64,000 nt of DNA, from the IMG/VR virus record IMGVR_UViG_3300033074_001668. The stretch is one strand, 5' to 3'. Below are positions 57,878-64,000 of the stretch, one piece after another (within the stretch, counting starts at the first letter, position 1; each line of letters opens with the position of its first letter). The translations under genes and the position numbers were made by a program. A model generated the notes under the pieces. The model searched no databases. It was not told where the DNA came from and worked only from the letters and a program-made list of their open reading frames with translations. The stretch comes from an uncultured virus (IMG/VR IMGVR_UViG_3300033074_001668). Lineage: Duplodnaviria; Heunggongvirae; Uroviricota; Caudoviricetes.

Positions 57878-58198
57878 ATGAAAATATTTATTGCTGAGGG
57901 GTATTTAGAAGATACCCCAAAACCAAATAAGATTAAACGTTTATTTATTTGCGAAAAAGAAGAAGACACTATTTCAAAAACAAATATATCAAATCATCTT
58001 AACAAAAATTTTACAATTTCTTTAGATAGACTCGAATTCTTAATTGATTCTGAAGATACATATAATGAAATCTATTTAGTTGGGGAAGTTTTTTCAACTA
58101 TTGATATAGAAACATGCGAGGATCTAAAACAAATATGTTATGAGTTGTGGTCTATAGACGAAGAAGATTATACAATTGAAGAAATTTTAAAATATTAA
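57878..58198 (+). CDS. hypothetical acidic protein
   Basis: 106 aa, AAGGA RBS. Confidence 0.6.
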   Translation: MKIFIAEGYLEDTPKPNKIKRLFICEKEEDTISKTNISNHLNKNFTISLDRLEFLIDSEDTYNEIYLVGEVFSTIDIETCEDLKQICYELWSIDEEDYTIEEILKY

Positions 58199-58204
58199 AG
58201 CAAC

Positions 58205-58236
58205 AAAAAATAACCCTCCCATAATGGGAGGGTTAT
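58205..58236. terminator. terminator hairpin between convergent genes
   Basis: AATAACCCTCCCAT-A-ATGGGAGGGTTATT with an A-run on the left. Confidence 0.85.
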
Positions 58237-58246
58237 TCAACCGTGT

Positions 58247-58477
58247 TTATAACGCACAATATAAAATTAATACCAAACATACTAAAGCAAAAATCATTCC
58301 AATTATTAAAAAGGTTTGAAAAATTGATGCCAGTATTGTTCCAATAGCTAAATATAATTGCCAATTTTGCATCCCATCTAATATAGACGGATTAGCAGAT
58401 ACAATTGAAGTAACTTTATATGCAAAGTATATAATGGACATTACTAAAATATAAATAATTACATATTTGAGTTTCAT
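58247..58477 (-). CDS. small membrane protein
   Basis: Two long hydrophobic segments. Confidence 0.65.
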   Translation of the reverse strand: MKLKYVIIYILVMSIIYFAYKVTSIVSANPSILDGMQNWQLYLAIGTILASIFQTFLIIGMIFALVCLVLILYCAL

Positions 58478-58875
58478 TAATAACTCCTATATCCACCATA
58501 ATATGGTAATCTAGAATTATTTATTGCATCAATAATTGAATCTCTATTATGCCGTACGCAAGTATTTAAATCTCCATAATAAGCGAATTCTTTATCCGCA
58601 GCAAAATTTCCCGATACAAAAATTAACCCTTTTAATTCTGGATGCTTTTTCATTTTGAATCTTCCACTTTTAATATCACTTATTATAGCTTCTCTTTCTT
58701 TAATTGAAACCTCTTCACAATTTGTTCCAGATTCATATTTAAATCTAAATGAACCCATTCCAACATCATATTTTGAAATGGTTGAATCATATTTAGATTC
58801 ACTTTTATTTGCCCAACCAAATCCTTCACCAAAACCATAACTGAGAATAAGAACTAACCAAATAAGTTTTTTCAT
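58477..58875 (-). CDS. secreted protein (paralog of 58872..59186)
   Basis: Start re-called at MKKLIWLVLILSYGFG (signal peptide); two Cys. Confidence 0.65.
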   Translation of the reverse strand: MKKLIWLVLILSYGFGEGFGWANKSESKYDSTISKYDVGMGSFRFKYESGTNCEEVSIKEREAIISDIKSGRFKMKKHPELKGLIFVSGNFAADKEFAYYGDLNTCVRHNRDSIIDAINNSRLPYYGGYRSY

Positions 58876-59186
58876 TTCGTCTTCCCATTGTTGTTCATAA
58901 TTACTTCGTAAAGGTCTGCACCACAATCTTCATAATCTTCATACATATTTACTTTACTTTTATCAGTTTCAATAATTATATATTCTGACCATTTTGAATC
59001 TGGTTTAGAAATTTTAACTTTACCCTCTTTCATTTTTAATCTAATTGTTTCAACCTCATTTTTTGAAACTGGAATACAATTCCCAATTCTTAAATCTGGT
59101 TTGTATTTTAATTTATCAACAATATCTTCAGCATAAAGCCCACTAAGAATTCCAGCAACACAAATTAAACTAACTAACTTTTTCAT
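58872..59186 (-). CDS. secreted protein
   Basis: MKKLVSLICVAGILSGLYA signal peptide; conserved Cys pair. Confidence 0.7.
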   Translation of the reverse strand: MKKLVSLICVAGILSGLYAEDIVDKLKYKPDLRIGNCIPVSKNEVETIRLKMKEGKVKISKPDSKWSEYIIIETDKSKVNMYEDYEDCGADLYEVIMNNNGKTK

Positions 59187-59195
59187 TTTCTTTCC

Positions 59196-59990
59196 TTACA
59201 AATCTTTATTTATTTTTGGGTAATTTTCATTACAACATTTCTTTAAATGACCTTTTCGATGCTTATATTTTAAAACATCCATATAATCATAATCTTTTAA
59301 TCTACTTAGCCCATCTTTAACTAATTCTGGAACCAGATTACATTTCATCGATGGATTAAAGCCATTGATTTCTAAAAGAATATCATCTTCTACTTTTAAT
59401 GCTGAATCTCTGCCATCATGAGCAAGTCTTTTTAAAAGAGAATATTTACTCAACCCACTAAAAGAATCATTTTTCTTTTGTGAATTTTTTAATGATTTAA
59501 TTTTTAGATAATCTTTTTGGAATATAATCATTCCACCTTTATTCATTGGAAAAGGTTTACTATTTCCGAATGATAAAACTAAATAATCAATTCCTTCAAA
59601 ACCATTACCAAATATACTAGGTAACTCCCCAACTGGTAAATACCCAGCAGAATCCACTATATTATGAACTTGATAATAATGATCCCAATCATAATCTACT
59701 AATTCAATTTTACTGAATCTCGATAAGACATTTTTTACCGAAACATAAGTTTGATTTGGAATTACAACTTTTGTATTCTTATCAAACTTATTTTCTAGGT
59801 TATTTACCATACAACAAAGCTCAATTGCATTTGTTGCAGAATCAACTAAAACAGCTTTATAATCTTTTTGATAATCTTTTCCTTCACATAAGAAATTAAG
59901 CATTAATCTTTCAAACTCTAAAATTGTATTATTTGGATTTCCATCTATTAATCCAGAAACTGGATTACATGTTATTGTTGATACCCTCAT
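59196..59990 (-). CDS. DegT/DnrJ/EryC1/StrS-family PLP-dependent aminotransferase
   Basis: VLVDSATNAIEL, VVIPNQTYVSV, IVDSA, LSFGNSKPF…KGGMI (PLP Lys). Confidence 0.8.
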   Translation of the reverse strand: MRVSTITCNPVSGLIDGNPNNTILEFERLMLNFLCEGKDYQKDYKAVLVDSATNAIELCCMVNNLENKFDKNTKVVIPNQTYVSVKNVLSRFSKIELVDYDWDHYYQVHNIVDSAGYLPVGELPSIFGNGFEGIDYLVLSFGNSKPFPMNKGGMIIFQKDYLKIKSLKNSQKKNDSFSGLSKYSLLKRLAHDGRDSALKVEDDILLEINGFNPSMKCNLVPELVKDGLSRLKDYDYMDVLKYKHRKGHLKKCCNENYPKINKDL

Positions 59991-61081
59991 CTTTTTCTCC
60001 CTAATCCAGGCAATTCCGGTAACGGTATATGTGGAATATTTATTTTTTCTCTATCAGTTTCCGTTGCAGCAAAACTTAAATGTCTCATAATTGCACTTTT
60101 TGTTTCCGTAATAAATGATCTACTTTTAATTCTATTATAATCAATAGCATCCAATACATTATTTTTACTCCAATATCTATATTTATATAATGTTAATGGA
60201 ATTGATCCAATATTTACAACATTACAATGCATAAACATATTTGGAAATATTCCAGATAACATTTTAATTCCAGAACCTTCGATAAAATCATTATCAATTT
60301 TTTCATCTATAATTCTAACGATTGGAATTGAATTACATAATGCATCAAATATGATATTTGGAAATGGATCTTTATGATTTGGATGAGTATATAAAAATGC
60401 ATCAACATCTAATTTCTCATTTTGTAAATCAATATCATTATCCAAACCATATAACTTAAATTTGATTTTACCATTCAATCTTAAAAGAATATCATCATAA
60501 ATTTTAGTTTGATATGGGCAAGTATCTTTTCTATAATAAATACCTACTGTTATATTCGGACTCTTTTTAATTAACCTATCAAACGATGCAAGAATTTCTT
60601 CATTGCTTCGATTTTGAGTAAATTTAAAGAACTTAGGAAAATACTTCATGTTCTTATTTAACGAATATGGTCTAGTTTGAGCATATTCGTTCACGAACTC
60701 ATAAGGATATTTACCTTTAACATTTCCTTTAGAAAAACATATATCATATTTTCTTGCGATCAATGGATACATTCCTCTTGTTTCAATATCTTGAACAAAA
60801 TTAAATGAGAACAAAATTTTATCCCTAAACAACTTATTTTTATAAAGCTCTTTAATTTCATTTACTTCTACTCTTAAACATTGGAAACTAAGATACGATT
60901 CTTTTTTATGGAATTCATCGAAGAATCTTTCGAATGCAATAACTGAAGCAATTTGACCACGCATTCTACCATAATCTTTATAAATCAATGGTATTATGTA
61001 ACGATATGAATTTAAGAATAGTTCAAATTCTTTACTCTTAAAATCCATTTTATTTCTATTGTCATTAATGCTATCTTTCAT
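59987..61081 (-). CDS. putative GT-B glycosyltransferase
   Basis: DAFLYTHPNHKDPFPNIIFDALCNSIPIV resembles the GT4 ExFGxxxxEAxxxGxPVV segment. Confidence 0.55.
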   Translation of the reverse strand: MKDSINDNRNKMDFKSKEFELFLNSYRYIIPLIYKDYGRMRGQIASVIAFERFFDEFHKKESYLSFQCLRVEVNEIKELYKNKLFRDKILFSFNFVQDIETRGMYPLIARKYDICFSKGNVKGKYPYEFVNEYAQTRPYSLNKNMKYFPKFFKFTQNRSNEEILASFDRLIKKSPNITVGIYYRKDTCPYQTKIYDDILLRLNGKIKFKLYGLDNDIDLQNEKLDVDAFLYTHPNHKDPFPNIIFDALCNSIPIVRIIDEKIDNDFIEGSGIKMLSGIFPNMFMHCNVVNIGSIPLTLYKYRYWSKNNVLDAIDYNRIKSRSFITETKSAIMRHLSFAATETDREKINIPHIPLPELPGLGRKR

Positions 61082-61496
61082 CTTGTTCCGGTCCTTGTAT
61101 TTTTTCTAATTCCAATTTCTCTACTGGAAGGGCTTCATTTGGTTCATCTATCCAATCTTCATATCTAACCATCTTTTGTTCTTTCTTTTGAGGCTTTTGC
61201 GTTTGCTCTTTTTGCTTAAGTTTTTCTTTTTCTTCCGCAATTTTGGCTTGCTTTTCAATTTCCAATTGTTTTGGTTTATTTCTTTTTTCCTCTATTAATT
61301 TGATTACTTCATCAAATTCTTTAGATGAATTATTTTGTTTAATGATTTCTTTTTGAACAATTTCTTTATTTTGCTCAAGAGTTTTTTTATCTGGAGTATA
61401 ATCATTAACCAATAGATAAGCCGAATAACAAATGAATCCAAAAAAGAATACTAATAGTAATAGTATTTTTTTAGTAATTGATTTAAATCCTGCCAT
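61071..61496 (-). CDS. membrane-anchored coiled-coil protein
   Basis: N-terminal TM helix, K/E/Q-rich remainder. Confidence 0.65.
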   Translation of the reverse strand: MAGFKSITKKILLLLVFFFGFICYSAYLLVNDYTPDKKTLEQNKEIVQKEIIKQNNSSKEFDEVIKLIEEKRNKPKQLEIEKQAKIAEEKEKLKQKEQTQKPQKKEQKMVRYEDWIDEPNEALPVEKLELEKIQGPEQDER

Positions 61497-61945
61497 TAAT
61501 GGCTCCTAATATCAGTTATGATATAATCGTAGCCGCTTGTTTTCGATGACGAATAAGTTTTCTTATAAAATAGTTTACTTGTTCCTTCCGCATCAATTCC
61601 AAATTGTTCATTTACCCACCATACACAAGTCAGTAAATGATTTCCAGGGTTATTTTCATCTATTACTGTATCAAATATTTCTCTCTCATTTTTGATATAG
61701 TAATTTCCCCTAATTGAAAATCTAACTTTTCCAGAATTAAGAAATAGAATTTCTTTAAATTTTTCGTCAACAGTATTAAATAGTTTTAGAATATCTGGAT
61801 TCATTTGTTTATCAATATTTTTTGGGTCAAATGTATTAATCTCTGACCCATCCTTATCTACCTCTTTAACCAGAAATAATCCTGGTTGAAACTTTCCAAA
61901 GCATGAAAAGAATTTTATAATTTTCTCTTTCTCTTTTATACACAT
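61496..61945 (-). CDS. hypothetical protein
   Basis: 149-aa ORF, coupled. Confidence 0.6.
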   Translation of the reverse strand: MCIKEKEKIIKFFSCFGKFQPGLFLVKEVDKDGSEINTFDPKNIDKQMNPDILKLFNTVDEKFKEILFLNSGKVRFSIRGNYYIKNEREIFDTVIDENNPGNHLLTCVWWVNEQFGIDAEGTSKLFYKKTYSSSKTSGYDYIITDIRSH

Positions 61946-61947
61946 TT

Positions 61948-62895
61948 TTAATTCCCAATTATATCTTTTTCTATCTGCGCTATCAATTTAATATTTTCTT
62001 CATCCGTTTGAAATAATTCATTTCTTGTTTCCACGCAAAATAATTCACTCATAAAATGAATAAGATTATGTTTACTTGTACCAAACAATGAACATAATTT
62101 CCCTAAATGATTTTCAATTTCTTTTGTCCAAAGTAATTTATCATTAACCACTTCTATTTGATTCTTCACTGCAGCTACACCAAATTCAGAAGCTAATATT
62201 GCAAGATAAATATGATAAACCTCTTCTTTCAAATTTAAACTTGTACCCGATTTAATATTTTCAAAGTTTTTAAATGATCCAGTCTTTAGACCAGAAAACA
62301 ATCTAATTCTTAAATCAACTAAATTTCTTTGAGATTTCCCACATGAATTTAAAACATGTGTTTCATAAGGTGAACATAAAATATTGAATGGAGCATTTCC
62401 AATCAATTTAATAAGCTCTGAAACTTTCTCTTTCATTTGTTTTGGTATATATTTTTCATTATTCCAAGAATCATAGTTTTTATATTTATCATCTAAATTT
62501 TCATCTATGAAATATAAATGTTCTTCCAACCATCTTCCCTCGAACAGTAAACCAAGTGGCCACATCAATAACCCTGAGCCACTTAAAACCAAATCGTATT
62601 TTAATTGATCTTTTGTTACTGGACCATCTGGAAAGGTTGGTGCCCAAAGATCGATTTTGATATAACCAAGACCAAGAATATTTTTACCTTTTTGTTTATC
62701 GATAATATATTTGATAACTTCGTAATCTTCTAAGTCAATTCCAGCAAACACAATTTTATCTTCAACCAATTCTTGATTGTTTTTAACCCTATCTGGAATG
62801 TAATCAGATAACTTAATATCATCTTGGATTTCTTGGATTTCCGCAGCTAACTCATTTACTTTTAAAAATTTTACAATATCTGGTTTATTCAGCAT
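61948..62895 (-). CDS. hypothetical protein
   Basis: 315-aa ORF. Confidence 0.7.
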   Translation of the reverse strand: MLNKPDIVKFLKVNELAAEIQEIQDDIKLSDYIPDRVKNNQELVEDKIVFAGIDLEDYEVIKYIIDKQKGKNILGLGYIKIDLWAPTFPDGPVTKDQLKYDLVLSGSGLLMWPLGLLFEGRWLEEHLYFIDENLDDKYKNYDSWNNEKYIPKQMKEKVSELIKLIGNAPFNILCSPYETHVLNSCGKSQRNLVDLRIRLFSGLKTGSFKNFENIKSGTSLNLKEEVYHIYLAILASEFGVAAVKNQIEVVNDKLLWTKEIENHLGKLCSLFGTSKHNLIHFMSELFCVETRNELFQTDEENIKLIAQIEKDIIGN

Positions 62896-63881
62896 TATTT
62901 ATCCTTTTTAATTTCAATAAAATAATCATTAGCAATTGCATATAAATGAAACTGCTCTTTTTTAGATAAAATTTCTTTTCTAATTTCTGGCGTAAAAGTA
63001 GTATTATAAGATACATGAGTTCTATTTAACTCATTATGATTAACTGTAAACACTACTGTTTGTCCAGCTAAATGAAGTTCTTTAACTTTAGCTAAAAATT
63101 CTTGTAAACCATTTAACCAAATTAAAAGCATTCTAACTTTATCTTGAACAGTAACTTCAACTGGGTCCAATGAATCTTGATATGGATGAGAACCCATAAA
63201 ATATTGATATCTGCTAATAAAGAATAAATCCCAAGCAGTAACAACATGTTGGAAAATTCCATTTGGAAGAATTTCCAATAACTCTAAAATTCTTTGTGGA
63301 GTAAATGATTCCAACTCAGAATAAAATATTTCACTTTCCCCAATCAATAAAGATTGGTAAATTGTTACTTCTTGTGTATCAACATCATGCTTATATATTA
63401 CTAAATAAGCATTATCTTCAAAATGATGAATATTTAAACTATAATCAAGCTTTCTATTTGGAAGTGGTAACCAATCCATTTCACAAAGGATATCTCCTTC
63501 AGTTTTCCAAAATAAACCAATATATTTATTTTGTTTCTTTTCTCTTAGAAATGTCATTTCCATTTCATTTAGAAATTTAATTGGTTCTTTATTAAATAAA
63601 ACCACATCTGGCATTTCTAAATCAAATATTTTCTTAACTCCAGTAATTTTAAAGATCCCCATTGAAGCCATTTTTGCTATAATGATTTCATTATAATTAT
63701 ATTCAGTTTTTTCTTTCATTTCTGGATATAATTCATAACCCGTCCAATCTTTTGCAACATTCGTTTGGTACATTTTTGTAGGTACTTCCGTAGTATGAAA
63801 TGTGTATTCATTAATCTTAAATGTATATATTGGGAAATTGTTCCCAAGAAAATTGTAAACTTCTCTATTTGTTGTATTCAT
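62895..63881 (-). CDS. hypothetical protein
   Basis: 328-aa ORF, AAGGAG RBS. Confidence 0.7.
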   Translation of the reverse strand: MNTTNREVYNFLGNNFPIYTFKINEYTFHTTEVPTKMYQTNVAKDWTGYELYPEMKEKTEYNYNEIIIAKMASMGIFKITGVKKIFDLEMPDVVLFNKEPIKFLNEMEMTFLREKKQNKYIGLFWKTEGDILCEMDWLPLPNRKLDYSLNIHHFEDNAYLVIYKHDVDTQEVTIYQSLLIGESEIFYSELESFTPQRILELLEILPNGIFQHVVTAWDLFFISRYQYFMGSHPYQDSLDPVEVTVQDKVRMLLIWLNGLQEFLAKVKELHLAGQTVVFTVNHNELNRTHVSYNTTFTPEIRKEILSKKEQFHLYAIANDYFIEIKKDK

Positions 63882-64000
63882 TTTTTCTCCTTTAAAGAGG
63901 GTAATGACCCCATATTGTTTAATTTACAGACAGTCTATATTGAACTGTAGTAATCACTTGTTCTAAATTGATAACATCATTAATACCACATAAAGAATAA

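Noticed and set aside
1..64000. Stop-codon reassignment explaining the fragmented polymerases
   Set aside because: Conserved genes are full-length under code 11, all three stop codons end genes, and the fragments are non-adjacent or permuted
1..64000. tRNA or rRNA genes
   Set aside because: No cloverleaf with a T-loop (GTTCRA) in intergenic space and no rRNA-like segment found by eye

Overview
Very AT-rich, densely coding window that reads as the replication/transcription core of a jumbo (phiKZ-grade) bacteriophage. The host is not determinable; a Campylobacterota-like host is only a weak inference. It encodes two multisubunit RNA polymerases in pieces, a split family-B DNA polymerase, type II topoisomerase subunits, ATP-dependent ligase, clamp loader and probable clamp, RecJ, a primase-helicase, a 7-deazaguanine pathway (FolE, QueE, GAT-QueC, a second QueC) and a block of small accessory genes. 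The main finding is that the catalytic DxDGD motif of the second RNAP beta' is cut between two non-adjacent genes in permuted order (…PIGGD| at 56531; |SDGD… at 51894). Each half is fused to what looks like one half of an atypically split Ser/Ser intein, so the active site would be assembled by protein trans-splicing. Also notable are Q/P/Y-rich prion-like regions on several putative ssDNA-binding/replisome proteins (one Whirly-like), a recurrent intergenic motif TA(A/T)(C/T)ATAGA(T/A)AT, candidate structured RNAs and two HEPN-motif proteins. All family calls come from visual motif recognition; no searches were run.
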